This document shows positions 1 to 10,200 of a stretch of 38,639 nucleotides of DNA, one piece after another. The notes under the pieces were generated by a model. The model was not told where the DNA came from. It did not search any database and worked only from the letters and a program-made list of their open reading frames with translations. The translations under genes and the position numbers were made by a program. Within the stretch, counting starts at the first letter, position 1; every line of letters starts with the position of its first letter. This DNA is from Cercozoa sp. M6MM (Eukaryota > Protista > Endomyxa: Ascetosporea): the NCBI GenBank assembly GCA_040357565.1, contig JBDODJ010000107.1. One strand, written 5' to 3'.

Positions 1-47
1 CTCTTTTGCACTACCAAAGCCTCAATTTCTGAAAGGCTGCGGTAACA
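1..47 (+). repeat. 3' end of the 5' LTR
   Basis: 47/47 identical to 6323-6369; ends ...GGTAACA. Confidence 0.97.
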
Positions 48-50
48 AAT

Positions 51-67
51 TGGTACGAGATCCGAGG
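51..67 (+). promoter_or_regulatory. primer-binding site (TGGTACGAGATCCGAGG)
   Basis: TGG (complement of tRNA CCA) begins 3 nt after the LTR end; true length of complementarity unknown. Confidence 0.8.
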
Positions 68-139
68 AGGATCGACCAGCCAGCTCTCGCAACCGAAGCA
101 TCTCGTGGGTCAGCTAGAAGAAAAAGAGCATCTTCTGCT

Positions 140-3100
140 ATGTCACGACCAAACTCATCTGTCAGCTCTCGAGCAATGAAGGACGAGCATGCGGACTTTG
201 ATGAGGAAACCTTCGAAACCTCCAATCCTTCAAAAGACACCTTGTCGTCGCGTTTGGACGCGCATGACAAGTACTTCCAAGAAATCAACGACGTTCTCGT
301 TGCCATACGAACTCGGCTGGACGCACGTGATGAGCGCCTAGACGAAGTTCTGGAACACATAAAGTCGCGAGATAAGTCACTTCAAGAACAAAACGCACAA
401 CTTGTTGAGCTCGCTCACTCCCAGTCGCAGTTTCAAGCGAAGTGCTCTCAATTTCATGACGAAGTGAACCAGCGGTTTTCTCGTTTAGAGAATGACAATG
501 CTTCTCCGCCGCAGGAGATTCCCATGGACGTGTCAAGTACTACTGCCACGTCAGACTTGAAACCACTTTCACCCGAGATACTTTCCGACTTCTCTGTCGC
601 TAACCTCAAAGGAAAGTATCTGCGCGAGCACGTCCAACTTGAAAAGGAAATTGAGTCACGAGAAAGGCTCGGTTGTAAGATTCACACGGAGTGTTTCAAA
701 GCCCTAGAGGCATTNNNNNNNNNNNNNNNNNNNNNNNNNNNNNNNNNNNNNNNNNNNNNNNNNNNNNNNNNNNNNNNNNNNNNNNNNNNNNNNNNNNNNN
801 NNNNNNNNNNNNNNTTCACCATTTCAGGTTCCTCGTTTCCCTTGGTGGAACTGGAAAAGTTGAAGAATGACTTCCTCAATAAGCTTGCGTTGAACACTCT
901 GGCGTGTCGTCTCCCAATGTCAGTGATTTTGGAAGCTTTCATCTCCAAACTGAAAGGAAAGAGAATTGAAACTCTTGTGAGACTCTTTCTTTTCGAGAAG
1001 AGCCCGCGTCAAAGAACAGTGACGAATCTCACGAGCTACCTGCAGAAAGCCATTGAGGAGCAAGTGGGTCACTCTTTGCTCGCTGAAGTGAGAGACTCTC
1101 TGGATCAACTACGATTCGACCCGAGAAGAGATGATTTCAATGACTTCATCTTCGTGTTCATCGACCGAGTTCAACTTTATGCGGCAGTGTCTGGTTCGCT
1201 TTCGGATACTGAAGCCATCGCAATGCTCCGATCGAAGCTTCCAAAGGCGCTGACGGACACCTACGATGAGTACCGTCTCTTTGAAGAAAGACAACGTGAG
1301 CACATGCCGAAAACCATTGGGTGGGCCATCAACTACGTGTTGAAACGGGCCTATTTCGCTTGGAAGCGCACTGTCTCGAGCTCTACGAATAAAACGACGA
1401 AGACAGTCACTGGCAAGCTTTCGCACTTGGCTTCGAACTTGAAAGCAGAGAAAAGAATGATGTCGAAACCGAAGCTGTCTTCCATCGCCACCGAGACACC
1501 GCTGGCGAAGCCCAAGAAGCTGAGTAACACCGTTCAGCGACATTGCAGTGCATGCAACATGGATGGCCATACCGAAGAGACATGCTTTACACGGTTTCCT
1601 CACAAGGCTCCTCCGCGTTTGCGACGTTACTACCTTGAAAAGAACAAGCAACTCAAAAAGATGCTCGGTATCGGCGATGAACCGGAAAAGGAAGGCTCTG
1701 CGACATCACTTCACTTTATTAACGGTGAGGAACACGAAGCCGACAAGATTGTCACTTCCTTTGCTTTCCGAGCATCGCTAGGTGACGCGGAATCACCACT
1801 TGAAGTATTGTTCGACACGGGTGCTAGGATCACGCGCCACGATTTCCTGCTCGAACAGGGAGCCTACCAAGTGTTGCGAAATTCTGGAAAGATTGGTCGC
1901 TTCGATCCGTTGCCCCCGCAAGCACAAACAAGTGTCATTGTGAGTGGAAAACACGAAGGTGCGAAGAATGCGATTCCAATTCTGGGCGAACTCTCGACAT
2001 CTGTCACCCTTACCGACAAGGAAGAAAGAAAGCATACTCTCCCCTGTCGAGTGGCAGTGATCGAAGACTTGAACGCAACACAAGAAGCCGTTGCAACCCA
2101 GAGGTTTATGCTCCGGCATCACATCTCAATGCACCTATGTCGTCGAAGTGGTTGCCTTGAGTTCAAGAAACATGGCTTCGTAGTGCCGTTCTTGCCTGCT
2201 GAGAATGCCTACAATTCGAAGCGGCAATCCTGTCATGCACTCGGTCTTCTTCCTGTCGTGTCTGCTACTTGCGCTGCCTCGACAGTTGTCAAAATACCTC
2301 CGCGCAATTTGGCGAAGTTGCCTATTTCTTTTGACATTGAAGCCTTTCCTGAGTCAGCTACGACAGTTGCTTTTGAACCCTCTGCATCGCTCTTTCCGCA
2401 AGTATCTGAGGTGCCAAGTCTGATGCTCCTCGACCTGCAAAAGCACAAGAAAGACGCAGTCTTCGCTCTACCACTACTGAACAGTTCTCAGGATGTTCTT
2501 GAACTGTCTCCAGGAGACTCAATCGGAAAAGTCGAGTGCTTCTTCTCTGAAGACCACGAACTGGTGTATTCCAATGACGATCTGTCCCCTCGCGCCTCGA
2601 CGACGGACCTCGACTGGCGCTTTGGAGTTCCCGAGTCTCTTCGTGATATCTTGTCCGCATCGACCTTTGAACAGTTGAAAAAAGACATGCGGTCCGCTCA
2701 CACCATTTGCAGTCAAGACAAACACTGGCAGACCGACTACAAAACGGGTTTAGAGCAACTGAACAAGGTCAAGCTTGGTGATCATCTGGTCGCAGAACAA
2801 AAGAGTCAACTCCGTTCACTCTTAAAGCAGTTTGCTGAAGTCTTTTCGTTTCCTCGCACGATGTATACGAAGCCCGCGCATGTAGAAATGAAAGCAGATG
2901 CAAAACCTTCGGTGGTGAAACCTCGATTCCGATCACCTAAAGTTGAAGCTCTGGCAGACAAGCTCTTCGAACAATACCTTGAGGAAGGAGTAGCCAAGCA
3001 CATCTTGAGTCCATGGCTAAGCGAAAACGTGTACGTCCGAAAACACGATGGTTCTATTCGGGCATGCACCGACTACTCAACGTTGGTGAATCCACAAACA

Positions 3101-5896
3101 AAGCCAATGAGCTGCGTAATTCCCCGCTCGCGTGACATCTTTGCAGCCATGTCACATTTCTCCATTATGTTCCGTCTTGATGCGACAAGAGGTTTCTGGC
3201 AAGTTCCGATTGACGAAGCTTCACAAGAGATTTTCGCCTTTCGAACCCGCAGGGGGCCATTGACGTGGACTCGTCTCCCCTTTGGGTGGGTGAATAGTCC
3301 GATGGTCTTCCAAGAGATCATGAACACCACCTTCTCCGAGCTACTTTGGAACTCTCTTTTCATCTACATCGACGATATCATTGGTGGAGCCAGCTCTTTC
3401 GATCAACTGCTAGCAAGGCTGTATCAAGTGTTTACGCGTTGTCGACGAGTCCGACTTCGGTTGAACCCAACGAAGTGTGCTCTTGCAGTTTTGTCTACCG
3501 AAATATTGGGCTTTCGGATTGACCTGCGGCAAGGCACACGATCGATTAGCCCTGCTCGCGTCGACGCCATCAGCAACTTGCAGTCACCCACGAACAAATC
3601 AGAAGTCAGGTCCGCTTTGGGCGCCTTCACATTCTTCCGTGACTTCATCGACAAATTCTCTGACATTGCGCTGCCACTCACGCACCTATTGCGTGACAAC
3701 ACTACATTCTCATGGTCAGAAGTCGAGCAAGTCGCCTTTGATGCACTCAAAAGGTCGTTAATCGCAGCACCAGTCTTATCACTACCCCGTTCCGATCTCC
3801 CATTTGTTCTCGCTTTCGACGCAAGCGACACCGCAACGGGCTATGTCCTCATGCAACATCACGAGGACGATCGTTTTCACCCCTGTGCATTCGGCTCTCG
3901 AAAATTCAATGCGACACAACTGAACTGGCCTGTTGAGGAGAAGGAACTGTTTTCCCTCGTCTCCGCTACTCGTGAGCACCGACCTCTCCTCATAGCTTCT
4001 CCTTTCGTGGCACTTACCGACAATCGAAACCTCATGTGTCGAGCCGTGAAGAAAACCTCCAAGTTGGCAAGATGGGACTGTGAGCTCGCAGACTTTCGCT
4101 TCACCCTCTTGCACGTTCCTGGAAAGTATAACGTCATCCCAGATGCACTTTCGCGACTACCTTCAATTTCACTGCCCTTTACAGAGGCAGAAATTCTGCC
4201 TTGGATCGGACAGGAAGATGATTCCTTTTCTTTCTCGGTGCCCTCAACCACTTTGTGTGACAGGCCTACCCACGAAGTGATTGGTCGCTTGTGTGACACT
4301 CTCCACCAAGGAAGAGTGAGCAAAGATCCTCAACTGTTCGAGCTTCCCTCTGTCGAAGAAATCGCTGAAACCCAGAAGGAAGACCCGCGCTTGAAACTTG
4401 TCATTGCACATCTCTCGGACCCTGAAGCCCATGACTTTGATACGCTTCCAGAGAACCTTCGACCCTTTGTCTCAAGGTTTCTTATCCAAGGAGAAGAACA
4501 GACTTTGTTCCTTCGTAATGACAAGGACGTCATTGTTCGCGTGGTGCCTCAGGAACTACAGTACTCTGTGCTGCACTATCTACATGACTCTCCGTTCGGC
4601 GCTCACGTGGGAAACCCCAAGTTAATCTCTGCTCTCGAACAACGTTTTTGGTGGCCTTCAATGCGCCGAGATGCACGAGAATTCGTCAAAACGTGCGTCA
4701 CTTGTCAACTGCAGAAGTCCAGCACTCACCGTTCTTCAGTTCCTCTCAAGTCGTTCATTGCGATACGTCCATTCCAAATCATTGGGATTGACCTGGTGGG
4801 ACCGCTTCCTACGGACGAAGAAGGACACCGTTGGATCTTCGTCTGTATCGACAAGTTCAGTCGCTTCACCGAAGCTCTCCCCATGAAAACAACAACTGCG
4901 GAAGATATCGCCAAGATTATTGTGCCTATCTTTCTTCGCTATGGCATTCCATCTTCAGTTCTTTCTGACCGAGACCCGCGCTTTCTCTCGTCTATCTTTG
5001 AAGAAATCTCGAAAATCCTGCATGTCAAGACGCTTCGAACAACCGCGTATCACCCACAATGCAACGGCGTGACCGAGCGCTTCAACAGGTTCTTGAGCAC
5101 GTCCCTTGCAATGTTAACACGACAATTCAACGAAGAAGATACCCACGCTTGGCCAACCCTGCTTCCATTGATTACCTTTGCCTACAACACAACCGAGAAC
5201 TTTGCGACGAAATTCACTCCTTTTGAATTGGTGTTTGGGCGAAAACCTCGATTACCAGCCGAAACTGAAGCTTTCACACCTGGCCTCAACTTGCCAGACT
5301 CTTCCAAGGATTTTATCAAGCACCTTCGCAAAGATCTACGTCGCTTGCAGGAACTCGCGAACAAAAATCAACGCGAATACGCAAAACGATACTCTCCTGA
5401 CAACATCGGCAACGGAAAGCACCTTTTCTTGTCCGGCGACATGGTATTGCGCTCGATTTCGAAAGTCCCACCACCTGTAGGTCTACCTCGTGGAACTAAG
5501 AAGTTTTTACCACGTTGGGATGGCCCTTGGATTATCGTCAAACGGATGCCCAATGGAATCAATTATCGGGCAACCAACGGCAACAACGAAACACGAGTAC
5601 TTAACGTTCGCGAAATCAAGCCCTACTTCGGAGAAGACGCTTCCCGAATTCGTCGTCTGATGAAACGACAGAACGAAACAAACTCACATCGAAAGCAAGG
5701 AGGTACTCGATTGTTCCCTCGCATTGTCGAGCGACGACTCCGAACCGACGCTCCTCCCCAATATCGCGTTCAGTTCGACGCCGAATCAAGTGAATGGCTC
5801 GAGCGTGACTTCATCAGTGCCGAGATGCTTGAAGCTTTCGAAAAGTCGCAAGGTCCAGCACGTCTTGAAAGAGCGCTTCGTCGCCGACGCAGCTGA
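140..5896 (+). CDS. Gag-Pol polyprotein (Gag with CCHC knuckle, aspartic protease, dUTPase-like segment, RT, RNase H, integrase, chromodomain)
   Basis: First ATG at 140; CSACNMDGHTEETC knuckle (1544-1585), LFDTGA (about 1814), YIDD, FDASD/TDN/DALSR, HHCC plus DLVGP/SDRD/NGVTERFN, RWDGPW; frame across the N gap at 715-814 is unverified. Confidence 0.95.
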   Translation: MSRPNSSVSSRAMKDEHADFDEETFETSNPSKDTLSSRLDAHDKYFQEINDVLVAIRTRLDARDERLDEVLEHIKSRDKSLQEQNAQLVELAHSQSQFQAKCSQFHDEVNQRFSRLENDNASPPQEIPMDVSSTTATSDLKPLSPEILSDFSVANLKGKYLREHVQLEKEIESRERLGCKIHTECFKALEAXXXXXXXXXXXXXXXXXXXXXXXXXXXXXXXXXXFTISGSSFPLVELEKLKNDFLNKLALNTLACRLPMSVILEAFISKLKGKRIETLVRLFLFEKSPRQRTVTNLTSYLQKAIEEQVGHSLLAEVRDSLDQLRFDPRRDDFNDFIFVFIDRVQLYAAVSGSLSDTEAIAMLRSKLPKALTDTYDEYRLFEERQREHMPKTIGWAINYVLKRAYFAWKRTVSSSTNKTTKTVTGKLSHLASNLKAEKRMMSKPKLSSIATETPLAKPKKLSNTVQRHCSACNMDGHTEETCFTRFPHKAPPRLRRYYLEKNKQLKKMLGIGDEPEKEGSATSLHFINGEEHEADKIVTSFAFRASLGDAESPLEVLFDTGARITRHDFLLEQGAYQVLRNSGKIGRFDPLPPQAQTSVIVSGKHEGAKNAIPILGELSTSVTLTDKEERKHTLPCRVAVIEDLNATQEAVATQRFMLRHHISMHLCRRSGCLEFKKHGFVVPFLPAENAYNSKRQSCHALGLLPVVSATCAASTVVKIPPRNLAKLPISFDIEAFPESATTVAFEPSASLFPQVSEVPSLMLLDLQKHKKDAVFALPLLNSSQDVLELSPGDSIGKVECFFSEDHELVYSNDDLSPRASTTDLDWRFGVPESLRDILSASTFEQLKKDMRSAHTICSQDKHWQTDYKTGLEQLNKVKLGDHLVAEQKSQLRSLLKQFAEVFSFPRTMYTKPAHVEMKADAKPSVVKPRFRSPKVEALADKLFEQYLEEGVAKHILSPWLSENVYVRKHDGSIRACTDYSTLVNPQTKPMSCVIPRSRDIFAAMSHFSIMFRLDATRGFWQVPIDEASQEIFAFRTRRGPLTWTRLPFGWVNSPMVFQEIMNTTFSELLWNSLFIYIDDIIGGASSFDQLLARLYQVFTRCRRVRLRLNPTKCALAVLSTEILGFRIDLRQGTRSISPARVDAISNLQSPTNKSEVRSALGAFTFFRDFIDKFSDIALPLTHLLRDNTTFSWSEVEQVAFDALKRSLIAAPVLSLPRSDLPFVLAFDASDTATGYVLMQHHEDDRFHPCAFGSRKFNATQLNWPVEEKELFSLVSATREHRPLLIASPFVALTDNRNLMCRAVKKTSKLARWDCELADFRFTLLHVPGKYNVIPDALSRLPSISLPFTEAEILPWIGQEDDSFSFSVPSTTLCDRPTHEVIGRLCDTLHQGRVSKDPQLFELPSVEEIAETQKEDPRLKLVIAHLSDPEAHDFDTLPENLRPFVSRFLIQGEEQTLFLRNDKDVIVRVVPQELQYSVLHYLHDSPFGAHVGNPKLISALEQRFWWPSMRRDAREFVKTCVTCQLQKSSTHRSSVPLKSFIAIRPFQIIGIDLVGPLPTDEEGHRWIFVCIDKFSRFTEALPMKTTTAEDIAKIIVPIFLRYGIPSSVLSDRDPRFLSSIFEEISKILHVKTLRTTAYHPQCNGVTERFNRFLSTSLAMLTRQFNEEDTHAWPTLLPLITFAYNTTENFATKFTPFELVFGRKPRLPAETEAFTPGLNLPDSSKDFIKHLRKDLRRLQELANKNQREYAKRYSPDNIGNGKHLFLSGDMVLRSISKVPPPVGLPRGTKKFLPRWDGPWIIVKRMPNGINYRATNGNNETRVLNVREIKPYFGEDASRIRRLMKRQNETNSHRKQGGTRLFPRIVERRLRTDAPPQYRVQFDAESSEWLERDFISAEMLEAFEKSQGPARLERALRRRRS
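715..814. other. assembly gap (100 N)
   Basis: run of exactly 100 N inside gag. Confidence 1.
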
Positions 5897-5900
5897 CCCT

Positions 5901-5914
5901 TGGGGGAGGCAGGA
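5901..5914 (+). other. polypurine tract
   Basis: TGGGGGAGGCAGGA directly before the TG of the 3' LTR. Confidence 0.9.
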
Positions 5915-6369
5915 TGTTACGAAACGGCATTTTCCATCCGGCCAGTCAGATCTCTGGTGCTCCGCGTGGAAGAAAGCTATTCATTGAGCACTTTGAGAAG
6001 TGTGGTGTATTGTGTTTGTCTGGTACCCTGACCTCTCCGAGAGTGTTGCTAACCTCCTTACCCTGTGTTTGGTAGACTGACCTCGAAAGAGCAAGATTTT
6101 GCTCCTTTCCTGAAAAGGCTCTCTACTCACCAGGTAAAGCACCTCTCCAGGCTCCAGCCCTTGCACTCTCACGGAATCCCTTGTTGCTGTCTTCCCAGCA
6201 CAGAGAGCCTTTCTTTTTCTCCTTACGTCCCTCCTTCTCCTTCCTTCCTTCTTCTGACTGCCGGGCCTCTCATCCTTCCCGACCAGTCTACTTCCTGTAC
6301 TTTGCCGACCCTATCTTGGGTACTCTTTTGCACTACCAAAGCCTCAATTTCTGAAAGGCTGCGGTAACA
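5915..6369 (+). repeat. 3' LTR (455 bp)
   Basis: TGTTAC...GTAACA terminal inverted repeat, follows the PPT, and its end matches 1-47. Confidence 0.95.
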
Positions 6370-6449
6370 GTTTCGGGAAAAATCACCCTCTGAAACACTA
6401 AGTTAAGGAGAGTGTTATGTGTGCTACTCTTCCGCACTGTTAAAGCATG

Positions 6450-6965
6450 CTACTCTGACCGTAATGAACGTCCCACTTCGTTCTTCGTGTATTTGGCTCC
6501 TCTGGTCATACAACTTGAGTTCCAACATCAGTCAACTCACGAAAGTAGCATGATGTCAAAACGTACATGTGCGTGTACATACGTACGTATGAAGAACAGC
6601 AGACACAAAAACGGCGACACTTTGCGGCGCTATCAACAACACCACCAACAACGTTACGCTGCCGTCTTGTCTGCGCGGGGGGGGGGGGGGGGAGAGGGGG
6701 CAAAAGGGGGGGCCCCCGCGCCCGGGTAAACTACAGTCGCAATGCCGCATGTGGTCGAAAAGGTACTATTCTTATAGTGTCGGGCAGCACTGGCAGAGGG
6801 GCAAAAAGAAGTCAAACAACCAGTCAGACAGCTCAGTGAACAGCGCCGGCGCCAGCCCGCGAGGGGCAATGGCTAGCCGACACACAATCCTCGACGAACG
6901 GCACACCACAGGGGCGCGTCGTCCCAATCCTCATGCTCAGTCCACCGAGGCGTAGTGTCCTCTTC
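6450..6965 (-). CDS. possible small spliced hypothetical protein (start not found)
   Basis: GT-AG intron-like segments join into EEDTTPRW...LPDTIRIVPFRPHAALRLQDGSVTLLVVLL...RSLRSE*; no recognised homology. Confidence 0.25.
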
Positions 6966-7273
6966 CTGGTTGGGTTGTCAATCACAATTGAATGTGATAT
7001 GAGAGAATACATACTATAGAAATTAATCCTTTCAAGTATGATCATGTTTAGTACTATGGAAACATAGTCTTGTGTTATTTCAAACCTGTAAACTCCTGGT
7101 AGCAGATCATGGGTCACTCAACTCGCAAGTCAACCTTGATTTAACTCAACTCACACTGTCGGTCAACAACGTGACGAGAGTGGCTGGATTACAGCGATCG
7201 CACAACGATGGCCACGCCAAAGTATCAAGAGAAAACAAAAGTTCAGCAAAATTCCTTGTTGTAGCAGTGTCAA

Positions 7274-10200
7274 TTAGATGCTCTGGTCTGCCTCAACTGC
7301 ATGCATTGTTGCGCAATTTTGGTAGCTGCTTCCACAGTTGCAATAACACACACTTCCACTGGCGCAATTTTGGTAGCTGCTTCCTATTGCATGAGTGTCA
7401 ACCAGACTCTCATTTCTATTCGATACAGCTAGTCCCGAGGTTATGTACCCCAAATCCAAGCACGACCCAGCTCGTCAATAGCTCCACTGTTGGTATTGCT
7501 GGCACACACTTTGGCCTACAGCGCGAACATTCGTTTCCTTACGCATAGAACTTACGGAAATATACAAGCAAGATACGACAGAAGCGTTGAGGAAAGTCTC
7601 TTTTGGCAGTGTGAACACTTCGTCTAAATCGACGTCCTTCTCGAATCCAGTGCCGAGTTTGCCGAGCGTGCCGGTGCCGGCGACACTGACTTGTCCATCC
7701 TCCCGCAGCGCAAGGAAGTGTTCAGCTGCTCCGGCAAGGTGCGTTATTCGGGCACCAACCTGTAAAACACGAGTAAATTATGGACTGGTGCGCATTTAAA
7801 CCCTTTGAAAGCACAGAAACGGACCGGAACGGTCGTTGTGCACGTGCCTTCGTCAAATAGCAGCAAGGTATCCCGCGATGCCACCTGGGTACAGCATTGC
7901 AACTGAGAGTGAGTCACTTTGGCAGACGATGGTATCGATACCAGGTCAGACCCGTTGAAGACGGCAACATCGGTGACATTGACGCCATCGAACGCTTGGT
8001 CTCTCAGAGTAACCGATTCAGTGCCTTCTTGCAGTGGTAGACCAAACACACGCTGCGTAACGGCAGCACTCAGGATCAACTCGCCTGCACCAGCTGAGCA
8101 TGCCACGAAGGGTGCTTCCTTGTTGAGATCCTCTAGTTCCTTCGGCACAGGTGATGACACAGACCAGCCCCTGAGCAGACACTCAGTGGGCACGAGATAA
8201 GTGAAGCACAGAGGCCATACCATGCATAGACGCAGCCTCCACAAACAGCAACAGATAGTGAGGTGCCTGCCGATACCAGAGTGGCGGGTTTCTGCACATG
8301 TGCAATGACAACCTCAGTAAATTTAAACTTGTATATTAAACGTGAAGGAAACTGCTACAGGAAGGAGCGCCTTGACAGGTTTCGCCTGGTCGGCATTGTC
8401 CATGATTCCCATTTGGTGCGTCTCACCGCTGCCCCAACTCCACACAGATCCTGCATAGAATTAACTGTCGAACAGGCAGTAAATTAGGTATCAACGGGTC
8501 CTTGTAAATTCACCGTCAGCAAGAAGAGCGTGGGTGATGTTGCCGGCAGCGCTCACTTGCGTGCACTTTTCGGGCAAGTCGACGAGTGTTTCCTTCTGTT
8601 TTTATGTGTTGGTCTCAGAAACTTGGTAACATTAAAAAAAAACTCACCTCAACGTCGCGACCTTGCTGACTGAACTCATTGCCGCCCAATGTGTGTACCT
8701 TGCCTTCCATGTCAAGAACGGCAACGTGCGAGTCGCCCTGCAAGATCGTCCTGTTTGTAAGCAAAGCAACACAAAGTTGAGTAGTTTGACTTACAACGGC
8801 AATTTGCGTGACGTTTTCAACAGGCAGTTCCTTAAAGAGCAGCTGTGTTTTGGCTTTATTTGTGTAAGGAGGAAAAGGTACAGTGGGTTTCAAAAGCAAA
8901 GCATCGCCAGCAACGATGTGACCTTCGTCGTTCGCACCGCAGATATACGCTTTTCCGTTGGAGACGATACCCTATTGTTTCACGTGATGACCTCACGTGT
9001 CTAGTGTATAGACGCAATATTGTTATGGTACCGTGAGATACTGCGACGCGTCGATATCAGTGCAGTTGTCAAGCTTGACACGGCAGAAAACCTCCTGATC
9101 CGAGTCGCCGCCAAGACAAAGCTTGCCAAACTCACCGTTGCCTAACGTAATTGTGAAACAATGTGTTCATGAGACGAGAGTACAAGATGAACAAGTACCT
9201 TGAGTGAACACGTGTCCGAGGTGAGTGAGGACGACTGTGTGATCACTGCCACACGAGACCTTCTTAGGCGCATCGCCTGTCTTCATCGGTATTGCTGCCT
9301 CCAGCGGCGCCTGCAAGAACCAAATCACTGTCCACAATTTCCACAGATGAACAGCGTACGTCAAAGCTGATGTCGTTATCGACGCTAAGGGCGGTCGCAT
9401 TTCCCCACATGAGCATCTTATTCTCCTTGGTGATCACGGCAACTGGGAAAGGTCCAAGCAGTACTCTGACACTGCATTACAGAAACTGCAAGTCTTAAAG
9501 TTTGTACAGTGTTGAGTTCCCGCAGCTACAGCGACCACAGACATTTGCTTCTGTGCCCTCTCACAGTTGAATTCGTCGTCGCACAGCACAAGATTGCCGC
9601 TCTATGCCCCAAGAACCAAAGCAAATACGCCAAAGATGGAACTATACTTAAATGGCAAATTGAATGGAATGGACCCGCATGTAAGGGATCTCGAAGTCAT
9701 CGCCGTACTCACTATCATCCTCTTCTGCCTCCTCCGCTGCTTCTTCTGAAGTCAACGTTTGATGCATAAGTATAAATTACTGTAGATTACAGTGCAGCGA
9801 ATACCGTCGTCGACTTTGCGCGTCGACTCTGCTGAAGGCAATTCACCGTGTTCATTCGCAAAATTTGTGCGAGTTTGCGTCTTACTAGGCAATTCAACTC
9901 GACTGCTTTCAGTTCGTTGCTCTGAGTTTTCTTCGCCTTCATCGCTTCTTTCGTTCTCAACTTTCGACGTCTCTTCGTCTTCTCTTGTCCGATTTGCCAC
10001 TTCAGACACTGAGCAACGCAGCATACGGTTGCCAGGTTCAGCTACCTCAAAACAACATACCCAAGTCTGGGTTTGCGAGCTCCTCGATGAATCGCTGGTA
10101 CAGCTGCAATAGTATGCGACCACTTCATGGAATGTAAATTTATACAATCAGGTTCCAAGGTAAGTTTACCAGTTCAACATGGCCTTGCAGTGCCTCTTGT

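Larger units (their letters stand above)
1..6369 (+). mobile_element. Ty3/Gypsy LTR retrotransposon (chromovirus-like), 5' LTR truncated by window edge
   Basis: LTR end at 1-47 is identical to 6323-6369; PBS, PR-RT-RH-IN domain order, GPW/GPY-F motif, C-terminal chromodomain-like segment, PPT, TG...CA LTR. Confidence 0.97.

Noticed and set aside
715-814. ORF continuity across the N run as proof of an intact gag
   Set aside because: 100 N is a placeholder of unknown length, so the frame match may be coincidental
6065-6367. 100-aa ORF in the LTR as an extra gene (env-like)
   Set aside because: No ATG, pyrimidine-rich low complexity, and no recognisable motif
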